Shown: positions 1-11,399 of the stretch, one piece after another
How positions within the stretch are numbered: the stretch's first letter is position 1
Layout of the letters: each line of letters begins with the position of its first letter
NCBI GenBank assembly: GCA_026770705.1
Contig: JANJGN010000926.1
Span: 124,001 to 188,000 of the forward strand
Direction of reading: 5' to 3'
DNA: 64,000 nucleotides
Source: Isurus oxyrinchus
Taxonomy: Eukaryota
Notes under the pieces: model-generated
What the model was told of the DNA's origin: nothing
What the model saw: only the letters and a program-made list of their open reading frames with translations
The model's database searches: none
Made by a program: the position numbers and the translations under genes

Positions 1-845
1 TAAAAAGAGGTTTAGTCTGTGGGTGTGTTTGTGTGTGTTTCAATTGGATTAAAGCCAGCCAGTCTGGGTACTTTGATGTATAGTAGTTTTGAGATGTAAA
101 CAATGAGGTAAAGTGGTAATTTGCATTTTTAAATAGAGCATTCAATGTCTGGGGGTGAAATCTTAAACCAATCAACATTTATATTAAGAATAAAATTGAG
201 ACAATGAAAGGGGATTTATTGTTAGAAGAGGTGGAGTTCAAAGGTCCTGATGATACAATGAGAATTTACATTCAAATAGAAGTGCTGGGTATAACTTGAG
301 CAGTTTTGTGTGTGCAGAGCAGAGGCTTGTAACATCAAAGCAGCTGTAAGCCTTCACCTGTCTGCAAAGGAACCAAAGTGAAAGGAACCTCATTTGGAAT
401 TTGTGAGGTGAAAATGCTTTGCTGGAATCTGCTTAAATTCTATGGGTTATCTTAGAGGAGATTAGTTTGGGAATTTGTTAAAAAGTTATGATAATACTAG
501 TTTGTAGCCAAGCGCATATGTTTAACTAGTGCAAATTAATAAATGCTTCATGTAGTATGATATAAAACCATCCCGAGAACTGGTGGTCTTATTCCTGAAT
601 TTAGAGCTGCATCTCAAACATTCCACTGGGAAATATAGGTTATGACAGTTGTTTAAAGTTTCCCTCTGGGATTTTAAACAACAGCCTTTACCAGTTGCTG
701 TGTCATAACAGAGAGACAGCATGATACTGAACCATTGCTGACTCCACAGGTACAAATCAGTGGGTAACTGGGCTGGGAATCTGGGACACGTGTTGTCTAC
801 ACACTGAGGTTGAAGCTTTGGAGTGAGTGTAAACAGCTCCTGTAC

Positions 846-927
846 CTGGTGCTTCACAGAGAGTGGACTGGGGGTCAATGCAATGTCACTGGTCCCTGAA
901 ACTCTCTCCTCCATCGCTGTCTTTCTC
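846..927 (-). CDS. Duplicate cytoplasmic exon 1 (KRKTAMEERVSGTSDIALTPSPLSVKHQ) of a second tail module downstream of gene A
   Basis: 82-nt exon with ttatttcag| acceptor and |GTACAG donor, phase 2/0; near-identical to 3768-3849; no TM exon seen between it and 2065. Confidence 0.7.
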
Positions 928-1059
928 CTGAAATAACACAATAACACACTGTGGTTATCATATAGCAGTGAGTCAGTGCAGCACAGACACAGAGCCCACT
1001 GTAACCTTACACCAACGACTGGACTGTCACTTTCAATCACTTCTACACAAAGCACAGAA

Positions 1060-1525
1060 TCTAGAATCTCGACACCATCCAGGACAAAGCAGCTCGATTG
1101 ATCGACACCCCATCCACCACATTAAACATTCACTCCCTCCACCATGAACACACAGTGGCAGCAGTGTGTGTACCATCTACAAGATGCACTGCAGCAACTC
1201 AGCAAGGCTCCTTCAACAGCACCTTCCAAACCCACGACCTTTACCATCTAGAAGGACAAGGGCAGCAGACACATGGGAACACCACCACCTGGAAGTTCCC
1301 CTCCAAGTCACTCACCATCCTGACTTGGAAATATATCACCGTTCCTTCACTGTCGCTGGGTCAAAATCCTGGAGCTGCCTCCCTAACAGCACTGTGGGTG
1401 TACCTACACCACATGTACTGCAGTGGGTCAAGAGGGCAGCTCACCACCACCTTCTAAAGGGGCAATTAGGGATGGGCGTTAATGCTGACATCACCAGTGA
1501 CAGCCACATTCGATGTAAGAATTAA
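1060..1525 (+). mobile_element. CR1/L2-clade LINE 3' fragment (copies at ~3980-4445 and, minus strand, 45200-46270)
   Basis: Same sequence recurs; the longer copy at 45758-46252 encodes RT motifs (GVAQCSVLGPTIFSCFIND, ADD). Confidence 0.75.
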
Positions 1526-2064
1526 AAATCTCACAGCTCAATGTATTTATTGTGAGCCTGCGGCACACACACCCTGTCGAAGGAGCCTTTGTGGTTCCAT
1601 TGTTAATCGAAGCAGATCAGAGTTACTACAACAACTTGCATTTATATAGCACCTTTAATGTAGCAAAATGTCCCAAGGCTCATCCGGGGATTGTTAGTCA
1701 CATCTTCACCTGACTCTGAGGCACATGAGGAAATATTAGGGACAGGAGACCAACAGCTGAGTCAACAAAGTCAGTTATTAATGGGCATCTTAAAGGAGGA
1801 GCTGGAGATAGAGAATGAGATACAGACAGAGAGAGAAAGACTGAGAGAGAGAGAGAGAGAGACACAGTGAATCTCGGTCCCCAATGGCTCAGCATCCAGT
1901 CCTCTCTGGAGAAGCATTTCATTCCAAACCACACCAACCGCAGCCCAATTGCATCCCTTCCTCCCTCTCTCCCCCTCTCCCCCAGTGGGTTGTTTGCTAT
2001 TCCCAGGAATCTCAATCCCTACCCCCACCCCCACACCTCCTCACTCCCACTCCCCATTTCTCAT

Positions 2065-2313
2065 TCAGTTATGCTCGAACCTGATCTGTGCGTATTCCGT
2101 CTCCTCTTCCCTGTGGACAGACCCATCACCACTGGACATCCTCAAGACTTGGGGATTGGTGTAGAGAAACTCTTCAGGTTTGTCGGCGTTCCCATGTCCA
2201 ACATCGCCTCCCACTGGACCTTCAGAGAGACCCCGGGGAGCTAGGGTCTCCCCCTCGCTAGTTGTGTCTCTGGTTGTGTTCCGGGGCTCAGTAATCAGCA
2301 CGTTCTGTTTACC
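2065..2313 (-). CDS. Gene A terminal cytoplasmic exon (degenerate ITIM FLYTNP; ITSM-like TEYAQI)
   Basis: tttctctgtag| acceptor, phase 0, 249 nt to TGA; ends EEETEYAQIRFEHN*, typical of a Siglec-type tail. Confidence 0.88.
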   Translation of the reverse strand, partial: GKQNVLITEPRNTTRDTTSEGETLAPRGLSEGPVGGDVGHGNADKPEEFLYTNPQVLRMSSGDGSVHREEETEYAQIRFEHN

Positions 2314-2876
2314 CTACAGAGAAATGGAAACAGAAGACATCCTCACATCATTTACTGGCACTGATAGGGTTAAATTATTGTGCAGACTCGTTAATGTCAA
2401 TCATGTCTCAGTGGGTTTAACCCTCTCCCTCGCTTGGCCTAAATAGCCAAGTGGTAATGTTACTGGGTTTGTAACCCCAATATCAAGAGTTCAAATCTCA
2501 CAATGGCAAGCTATGAAACAATATAACCTCAACTGAAACAGATCAAAACAAGTTTGTATTCAAAAGAGTTAACCATCTCTCTCATGTCATATGAAAGATA
2601 CCACCTATGGTAGGGCAGCACTCACACAGTACTGACCCTCCGACAGTGCAGCACTCCCTCAGTACTGACCCTCTGACAGTGCAGCGCTCACTCAGTACTG
2701 ACCCTCTGTCAGTCTTGCACTCCCTCGGTAATGGCTCTGGTGAGTGACAGTTGGATTCTGCACTCAAGTGTCTGGTGTGAAGCTCATTAACATGCACCTT
2801 GTAATCAGAGAGAGGATGAGAGAGAGAGAAAGAGAGAGAGAGAGAAAGAAAGGGAGGTTGGGATAGAGAGAGAGAC

Positions 2877-3632
2877 TGTCATGATGCGATTAATAAATAT
2901 CATGTTATTGGAAATTATTTTTATTCACATCGGGGTTTAGTCTGTGGGTGTGTCTGTGTGTGTTTTAATTGGATTAAAGCCAGCCAGTCTGGGTACTTTG
3001 ATGTATAGTAGTTTTCAGATGTAAACTGAGGGATACAAATTTGTATTTTTAAACAGAGCATTCAACGCCTGAGAGTGAAATCTTAAACCAATCAACATTT
3101 ATTTTGTTGATAAAATTGATACTATGACAGAGGATTTATTGTTGGAAGAGATGGAGTTCAAAGGTCCTGATGATACATTGAGAATTTACATTGAAAGAGA
3201 AGCACTGGGTATAACTTGAGCAGTTTTGTGTGTGCAGAGCAGAGGCTTGTAACATCAAAGCAGCTGTAAGCCTACACCTGTCTGCAAAGGAACCAAAGTG
3301 AAAGGAACCTCATTTGGAATTTGTGAGGTGAAAATGCTTTGCCTGGTGTCTGCTTAAAGTCTATGGGTTGTCCTGGAGGAGATTATTTTGAGAATCTGTT
3401 AAAAAGTTATGATAATACTAGCTTGTAGCCATGTGCATATGTTTAACTTGAGTAAATTAATAAATGTCTCATGTTGTTTGATATAAGACCCATGTCGAGA
3501 ACTGGTGGTCTTATTCCTGAATTTAAAGCTGCATCTCAAACATTCCACTGGGAAATATAGGTTATGACAGTTGTTTAAAGTTTCCCTCTGGGATTTTAAA
3601 CAACAGCCTTTACCAGTTGTTGTGTCATAACA
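2877..3632. mobile_element. Solo-LTR-like insertion (TGTCATGA...TCATAACA), absent from the gene B intron; partial copy at 1-710
   Basis: TG...CA ends with short imperfect terminal inverted repeat; flanks are contiguous in the paralogue near 48295. Confidence 0.55.
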
Positions 3633-3767
3633 GAGAGACAGCATGATACTGAACCATTGCTGACTCCACAGGTACAAATCAGTGGGTAACTGGGCTGGGA
3701 ATCTGGGACACGTGTTGTCTACACACTGAGATTGAAGCTTTGGAGTGAGTGTAAACAGCTCCTGTAC

Positions 3768-3849
3768 CTGGTGTTTCACAGAGAGTGGACTGGGGGTCAA
3801 TGCAATGTCTCTGGTCCCTGAAACTCTCTCCTCCATCGCTGTCTTTCTC
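3768..3849 (-). CDS. Gene A cytoplasmic exon 1 (KRKTAMEERVSGTRDIALTPSPLSVKHQ)
   Basis: ttattgcag| acceptor, |GTACAG donor; phase 2 matches the TM exon and phase 0 matches the terminal exon. Confidence 0.85.
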
Positions 3850-4571
3850 CTGCAATAACACAATATCACACTGTGGTTATCACATAGCAGAGAGTGAGTG
3901 CAGCACAGACACAGAGCCCACTGTAACCTTACACCAATAACTGGACTGTCTCTTTAAATCACTTCTGCACAAAGCACAGAATCAAGAAACTCGACACCAT
4001 CCAGGACAAAGCAGCCCGATTGATCTACACCCCATCCACCACATTAAACATTCACTCCCTCCACCATGAACACACAGTGGAAGCAGTGTGTGTACCATCT
4101 ACAAGATGCACTGCAGCAACTCAGCAAGGCTCCTTCAACAGCACCTTCCAAACCCACGACCTCTACCATCTAGAAGGACAAGGGCAGCAGACACATGGGA
4201 ACACCACCACCTGGAAGTTCCCCTCCAAGTCACTCACCATCCTGACTTGGAAATATATCATCGTTCCTTCACTGTCGCTGAGTCAAACTCCTGGAACTCC
4301 CTCTCTAACAGCACTGTGGGTGTACCTACACCACATGGACTGCAGCGGGTCAAGAAGGCAGCTCACCACCTCATTCTCAAGGACAATTAGAGATGGGCAA
4401 TTTAATAACGGCCTCACCAGTGACAGTCACATTCGATTAAAGAATTTAATATCTCACAGCTCAGGAGGAAGCCACTCAGCCCATCGTGCCTGTTCTGGCC
4501 CTTTGTAAAAACTGTCCAAATAGTCCTAAGCAAATGTTTAGATTAAAATCAAGTTAAATCTTCAGACTTAC

Positions 4572-4668
4572 TTTCTCACACAGATGAAGATGAAGATTCC
4601 AGCCAGGAAAACACTCAACATGATCCCAGCCGTGAACAATCCTACTGTCCATTTACTGGAGTCTCTAC
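4572..4668 (-). CDS. Gene A transmembrane exon (GRDSSKWTVGLFTAGIMLSVFLAGIFIFICVRK), uncharged TM
   Basis: tttttacag| acceptor, |GTAAGT donor, 97 nt, phase 1/2; hydrophobic ~23-aa stretch followed by basic residues. Confidence 0.9.
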
Positions 4669-5097
4669 CTGTAAAAACAGCCATTAATTACTGCACTACA
4701 GGTTTACAATGATGCTCCGATGTATCTCGAGAAGCGATACACTCACTCAGTGTTTAAATACTCATTCTCGGGCAATGCTGACATTTATTGTCCATCCCTA
4801 GTTTCCCCTTGAGAAGGTGGTGGGGGGTCTTCCTCCTGAACCACTGGTTTGTCCCAAACTGGGAGACCAGTTCAGAGGGCAGGTAAGAGTTAACCATGTT
4901 GGTGTTTGAGACTGGAGTCACATACACACCCAGACCTGTTAAAATGGACAGGTTTCCCTCACTAAATGTGTAATTATATCTTTAATTTCTATATATATGT
5001 ATCAACTAACATCACTAAAATAATCATTTATCACCTCATCCTCACACTGTTGTTTGTGGGATCTTGCTCTGCACAAATCAGCTGTTGCGTTTCTCAA

Positions 5098-5245
5098 CGT
5101 AATCTATGTAACATTTATATATATTATTTATCAATGTAATCTATGTAACATTTATATATAATATTTATCAATGTAATCTATGTAACATTTATATATAATA
5201 TTTATCAATGTAATCTATGAAATGTTTATATATAATATTTTATCG
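5098..5245. repeat. AT-rich ~33-bp minisatellite (TGTAACATTTATATATAATATTTATCAATGTAATCTA-like); longer array at 50020-50525
   Basis: Visible tandem units; copy number differs between paralogues. Confidence 0.9.
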
Positions 5246-5589
5246 TTTGGGAGGAGAACCTGAGTATTGCTGAGAAAGGACATTTTGTCAAAGCTTTCTG
5301 TCTTGCACCCAATGAAGCAGCTTATCTGGGGGAGAGGGTTCCAGATTTCCACTCCCCTTTGTGTGAAGAAGTGCTTCCTGACATCACCCCCTGAACGGCC
5401 TGGCTCCAATTTGACCAAGTGTTGCCATTGTCACATGAGGTCAGACGATTCAAAGCTTGGTCAAAGGGGTCAGTTGTAAAGAGCATCTTAGAGGAGGTAG
5501 AGAGAGAGGTGGAGAGGTTGAGGGAGGGAATTCTCGAGTTTAGGGATCAATCCAGCTGAGTGGAGATCGATCCTGAGCGAGTCTCTCAC

Positions 5590-5883
5590 CTTTGACCCAC
5601 AGATACATCTTGAACATGGCTTCCCCGTGTGGGTTTTGAACCGAGCAGGATGCCATCACTCCCCCCTCATCCTGGGGTCTCATCAGGGTGAGGGAACCAG
5701 TCACCAGATGCCCATCTCTGACCTGCCACGACACAAAACCTCCGTGTGTTTGGTTACCACTGATGTTGGCACTGGGCAGGTGCCAGGTGAGGTCTCCGGG
5801 TGGGTTGGAGTTGGCTACACAGATGCAGGTGACCCCCTCTGACCTCCGAGTGCACTCCGACTGCTGGGAAATCTCCGGCTTAT
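5590..5883 (-). CDS. Gene A membrane-proximal Ig C2 exon, MAG-domain-5-like (YKPEISQQSECTRRSEGVTCICVANSNPP...SCSVQNPHG)
   Basis: 294 nt, phase 1/1, AG/GT intact; S-x-C...C-x-C-V-x-x-S-N-P pattern of the membrane-proximal domain of MAG/Siglecs. Confidence 0.88.
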
Positions 5884-6189
5884 CTGAGGAGGGAAGGACA
5901 ACAATGAGACAACTTCATAGCAAAGTTAGAGCGTAAGATAGAATCTTCACATGAAACACTCATTCCTGCCTTTGTTACCTCCGCACTCGACTATCCCAAC
6001 ACTCTCCTGCCCTACCTCCCATCTTCCACTCTCCGTAAACATCAGCTCATCCCAAACTCTGCTGTCCCCATGTCCTAACTCACACCGAGTCCCGTTCACA
6101 CATCACTCCCTGTTGGTCACTGAGCTACACTGGCTCCCGGTCCGACAATGCCACAATTTTAAAATTTACATCGTTTCAAATTCCTCCTT

Positions 6190-6450
6190 ACCCCCTCCCT
6201 ATCTCTGTTACCTCCTCCAGCCCCTATAACCCTCCCTATCTCTGTAACCTCCTCCAGACCCCACAACCCTCCCTATCTCTGTTACCTCCTCCAGCATCTA
6301 CAACCCTCCCTATCTCTGTTACCTCCTCCAGCCCCTACAACCCTCCCTATCTCTGTTACCTCCTCCAGCCATCACAACCCTCCCTATCTCTGTAACCTCC
6401 TCCAGCCCCCACAACCCTCCCTATCTCTGTAACCTCCTCCAGCATATACA
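6190..6450. repeat. ~37-bp minisatellite CCCTCCCTATCTCTGTAACCTCCTCCAGCCCCTACAA (also 25990-26280, 51470-51710, 60380-61380)
   Basis: Visible tandem units next to LINE 3'-tail sequence. Confidence 0.85.
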
Positions 6451-6801
6451 TCCCTCCGAGGTCTCTGCGTTCCTCCAATTCCGGCCTCTTGACCATCCCC
6501 CGATTCCTATCGCTCCACCATTGGCGGCCGTGCCTTCAGCTGCCTGGGCCCCGAGCTCTAGAATTCCCACCGTAAACCTCTCCATGTCTATCTCTCTCCT
6601 CATTTCAGACACTCCTTAAAATCTGGCCTCTTTCTCTGAGCTTTCAGTCCCTGTTCTGATATCTCCTTATGTATCTCGGAGAGGCGCAGGGTGAAAAAAG
6701 CAGGGAGGTGATGCTAGTTATGCTAAACCACAGCAAGGAAGCTGCCCTCAGACAGAAAGTGTTTGAGTTTTAAGCAGAGACAGGGGGAGTAAAATGCTTA
6801 C

Positions 6802-7075
6802 ATTGTACGTTCAGGTGGGTGATGTTGGAGGTGCTGTTACCCACTGGGTTCCTCGCTGTGCAGTAGAAACCTGCATCATTCTCCCGTGTTACAGGAGTGA
6901 AGGAGAGAGTGCGGCTACTTGTGTTTAACTGGGTGCTGGTGTTCCCCTCGATCCTGAACCAGGTGTAATGAGATCGGTGGGACACTTTCACTGGAGCAGG
7001 TTAATGTGATATTGCTTCCCTCTCTTATCCCACCTGAGGATCTGCTGATGGACACCATCGTCTCCTGTGGGGGAT
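6802..7075 (-). pseudogene. Gene A Ig C2 exon with a 2-nt deletion frameshift (YPPQETMV...REGSNITLTCSSESVPPIS/HYTWFR...FYCTARNPVG)
   Basis: Splice sites intact but length is 274 (276 expected); the two halves of one Ig domain lie in different frames around 6970. Confidence 0.85.
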
Positions 7076-7399
7076 CTGGAACAAAGACAGAGAACAATCA
7101 GCAGATAATCCCCACACCCCACAGCTCTCCGAAATCTCTGTGCTCCTCCAATTCCGACCCCTTGCACATTCTCCCATTCCCATCTCTCCACCATTGGCGG
7201 CCGTGCCTTAAGCTGCCTGGACCCTAACCTCTGGAATTCCCTCCATCATTTCTCACCTCCTTCGGACAAAATCTGACCCCGAGTCACATTAGGAGATATT
7301 AGGAGAGGTGAGCAAAAGCTCGCTGAAAGCAGGAGGTTTTAACGGTGTGTCTTAATGGTTTTAAGGAGCATCTTAATGGTTGAGAAAGAGTTGGAGATT

Positions 7400-8620
7400 G
7401 TGTATCTCCCGCGCATCCCCCCTTGCAAATTCCTCTCCCTCCCAGAGCAATGTAAGGGTCCCTCCTGTCTTCACTTTTCACCCCACCAGCCTCCTCATTC
7501 AAAGGATCATTCTCCGCCATTTCCGCCAACTCCAGCATGATGCCACCACCAAACACATCTTCCCTTCACCACATCCGCCCCCCCCCCACCCCCCCCATGT
7601 TGGCATTCCATAGGGATCATTCCCTCGAGGTCACCCTGGTCCACTCCTCCATCACCCCTAGCACCTCAACCCTCTCCGATGACATCTTCCCATGCATTTG
7701 CAGAAGGTGCAACACCTGCCCCTTTACTTCCTCCCCCCTCACTGTCCAATGACCCAAACACTCCTTCCAGGTGAAGCAGCGCTTCATGCAGACTTCCTTC
7801 AATTTAATCTACTGCATTCACTGCTCCCAGTGTGGTTTCCTCTACATTGGAGACACCAAACACAGACTGGGTGACCACTTTTCAGAATACCTTCAGTCTG
7901 TCTGCAAGAACGACCCAGACCTCCCTGTCGCTTGCCATTTTAACACCCCACCCTGCTCTCATGCCCACATGTCCGTCCTTGGCCTGCTGCATTGTTCCAG
8001 TGAAGCCCAACACAAACTGGAGGAACAGCACCTCATCTTCCGACCTGGCACTTTACAGCCTTCCCGACTGAATATTGAGTTCAACAATTTCAGATCATGA
8101 ACTCTCTCCTCGATCTTCACTGCTTTTTGACCCGATTTTTTAATATATACATTTTAATTGTTTTACTTGTTAATTTTTTTCCACTTATTTTTATTATTAT
8201 TATTTGAAATTCATTTCCATTTTTATTGATTGTTTTATCCACAGATTTTAGTCTATTTTCGATCTTTATTCCCTCCACTGTCCCCTCCCCCTTCCACACC
8301 CCCACGAGGGCCATCTGTCTCTTTCCAGAGTGCTTACCCTGGTCCGCCCATTATCACACTCTGCTTAATGTCACCATTAGCACCTCCTTTATCCAATACC
8401 ACCACTGTTAACAACCCTTTGACCTTTTGTTTATGACATCTTCCACAATCTCTCCATTGCCTCCACCTATCGCTGGTTTTCTATCCAGCTCCACCTGTCC
8501 CATCGCCCCCCCTTAGACAGGATATATTTCACCACATGTCTACTTCCCTTTAGCTCTGAAGAGGAGTCTTACGGACTCCAAACGCTAACCCTGTCTTTCT
8601 CTCCACAGATGCTGCCAGAT
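7400..8620 (+). mobile_element. Degenerate Penelope-like element 3' part (GIY-YIG remnant plus 3' tail); paralogous copy ~51850-52900
   Basis: NLIYCIHCSQCGFLYIGDTK...LNIEFNNFRS matches the C-terminus of the 27167-29737 ORF. Confidence 0.85.
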
Positions 8621-8946
8621 GCTCAGAATCAGCTGGATGGACAGAAAGACCAATGAGTGACTTAGATCAAGAGGAGACGTTCAGCAATTAAAAGGGTTGT
8701 TCAGGACAGTTAGAGAGAGAAAGGTCGTCAAGTACGGAGATTGGAAACGAAGACCTGACAGCCTTGTCCTCACAACCATTGAAGGAGAAACTGAGAGCAA
8801 AAACAGAAAGGGAGAGGAAAAATTGGGTGTGTGGATAACGTGGACTGAGCGAGGATTGAAGAAAACTGGATTAAAAACAACACGATCCCAATGGCTCCAT
8901 GGAGACCACGGAGACAACAAACAAACAAATGTATCTCCACACTCAC

Positions 8947-9228
8947 ATTCCACAGTGATGGTTATGAACCCCTCCACTGCTCCATGTTCATTCTCTGCCA
9001 CACACTGATAGTCTCCAGTGTCCCTGGATGTAACGTGAGGAATCACCAACCACAGCTCATTGTTGGAACTTGTTCTGTTCATTGGGACATTAAGATGTCG
9101 CCACGTCAGGTTAGAAGCTGGGAAGCTCTCGACAGAGCAGATTATCACTGCAGAATTCCCCTCAATTATGTTGATCGATGAAGCGTTAATCATATCAAGA
9201 GAAGTAATTGATGGGTTCCGTGGTGCAT
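8947..9228 (-). CDS. Gene A Ig C2 exon, copy b (HAPRNPSITS...IEGNSAVIICSVESFPASNLTW...DTGDYQCVAENEHG)
   Basis: 282 nt, phase 1/1, canonical C...W...DxGxYxC. Confidence 0.9.
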
Positions 9229-10188
9229 CTAAATACAAATAAAGGTTTCATTGTGAGCAAACACAGTGCACAGCAAGACTCCAGGTATCATCTCTCTCCA
9301 TCTGGTGTCTATGTGCATGTCAAGGCTTCTTTCTCCATTATAATTTTCTCTGTCACCATTTGTAACATTCACTGCCAGTGTGTTCCTTTTTGCATATTCA
9401 TGGGAAGTGGATGTATCTATCTAGACCAGCATTTATTACCCATCCCTAATTGCCCTTGAGGAGGTGGTGGTGAGTTTTTCACCTCCAGAGGATTCCCAGC
9501 CTCTGACCGGCTCCTGTAGCCACAGTATTTATGGCCGGTCCAGTTAGTTGTTTGGTTAACATCCCCCAGGATGTGGATTGTGGGGGATTCAGTGATGTGA
9601 AAGTGATTGAATATCAAGGGAAGTTGGTTAGATTCTCTCTTGTTGGAGATGATCACTGCCTGGTGCTTGTGTGGTGTGAACGTTACTTGTCATTTCTCAG
9701 CCCAAGCTGAGTGTTGCTCAGCTCTTGCTGCATGTGGATATGTAAACTGTCACGCTGTAATTACAGCCTTCCACCAGAGGAGACACTGTCGGGCTAGAAG
9801 AAAAGAAAGTGTCTTTCACATGATCAGGATGTTCAGGGAGATTTCACCATGGAGGAATTGCTTTGGAATAGTGGGGTATTGGGTGATAAATCTACAATTC
9901 ACTGTTCAGGAGGTTGCTCCATCCAATTCAGTGTCTTGATGATCTGGAGTTTACCTTCCTTCAACACAGAATCAGAGCTGCTACCGAGACTCGAGTGCAG
10001 CACTGAGACANNNNNNNNNNNNNNNNNNNNNNNNNNNNNNNNNNNNNNNNNNNNNNNNNNNNNNNNNNNNNNNNNNNNNNNNNNNNNNNNNNNNNNNNNN
10101 NNNNNNNNNNNNNNNNNNNNNNNNNNNNNNNNNNNNNNNNNNNNNNNNNNNNNNNNNNNNNNNNNNNNNNNNNNNNNNNNTAACTCAC

Positions 10189-10470
10189 GTTCCACAGTGA
10201 TGGTTATGAACCCCTCCACTGCTCCATGTTCATTCTCTGCCACACACAGATAGTCTCCAGTGTCCCTGAATGTAACGTGAGGAATCCCCAACCACAGCTC
10301 ATTGTTGGAACTTGTTCTGTTCATTGGGACATTAAGATGTTGCCACGTCAGGTTAGAAGCTGGGAAGCTCTCGACAGAGCAGATTATCACTGCAGAATTC
10401 CCCTCAATTATATTGATCGATGAAGCGTTAATCATATCAAGAGAAGTAAATGAGAGATTCTGTGGAGCAT
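10189..10470 (-). CDS. Gene A Ig C2 exon, copy a (DAPQNLSFTS...DTGDYLCVAENEHG)
   Basis: 282 nt, phase 1/1, splice sites intact; near-identical to 8947-9228. Confidence 0.9.
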
Positions 10471-11399
10471 CTAAGAACAAATCAAGTGTTTAATGTGAGC
10501 AAGCACTGTGCACAGCAAGACTCCATGCATCATGTCTCTGTATCTGATGCCTGTGTGCATTTCTAGGCACCTTCCCTCAAGATAAGTTCCTATGTCACAT
10601 TTACAATGGGCACTGCCTATGTAAACTGTCACACTGCAGGAGCATTCTCCCACCAGAGACCCTGCCCATCCAGATTTAAAGAAACTCCCTTTCACATCCT
10701 CAGGATGTCCCCAAGGGCTTGACAGGCAATGAATTATATTTAATCGATGGAGCACTGAGGGGTAAATCTACAATTCTCTGTTAAGGATTTTGCTCATCCA
10801 ATTCAGGGTCTTGTTGATCTGGAGTTTACCTTCCTTCAGCACAGAATCGGAGCTGACACCGAGACTCCAGTGCAGCACTGANNNNNNNNNNNNNNNNNNN
10901 NNNNNNNNNNNNNNNNNNNNNNNNNNNNNNNNNNNNNNNNNNNNNNNNNNNNNNNNNNNNNNNNNNNNNNNNNNNNNNNNNNNNNNNNNNNNNNNNNNNN
11001 NNNNNNNNNNNNNNNNNNNNNNNNNNNNNNNNNNNNNNNNNNNNNNNNNNNNNNNNNNNNNNNNNNNNNNNNNNNNNNNNNNNNNNNNNNNNNNNNNNNN
11101 NNNNNNNNNNNNNNNNNNNNNNNNNNNNNNNNNNNNNNNNNNNNNNNNNNNNNNNTGTGTGTTGTCTGTGTGCGCGTGTGCATGTGNNNNNNNNNNNNNN
11201 NNNNNNNNNNNNNNNNNNNNNNNNNNNNNNNNNNNNNNNNNNNNNNNNNNNNNNNNNNNNNNNNNNNNNNNNNNNNNNNNNNNNNNNNNNNNNNNNNNNN
11301 NNNNNNNNNNNNNNNNNNNNNNNNNNNNNNNNNNNNNNNNNNNNNNNNNNNNNNNNNNNNNNCATGTGTGTGTGTGTCTGTTGGTGCGTGTGTGGTCTG

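Larger units (their letters stand above)
11..1540. repeat. Tandem duplicate of 2936-4460 (offset ~2922 bp), continuing past the window start
   Basis: Colinear high-identity match covering an LTR-like segment, the cytoplasmic exon and a LINE 3' fragment. Confidence 0.9.

Noticed and set aside
522-1055. 177-aa ORF (and copies 3399-3869, 48327-48710) as standalone genes
   Set aside because: Only the 82-nt exon inside is supported; the rest is intron or LTR-like read-through
10011-11361. ORFs spanning N runs (also 42204-42406, 43314-43549, 53928-54208)
   Set aside because: Artefacts of gaps or masking next to CA/TG microsatellites
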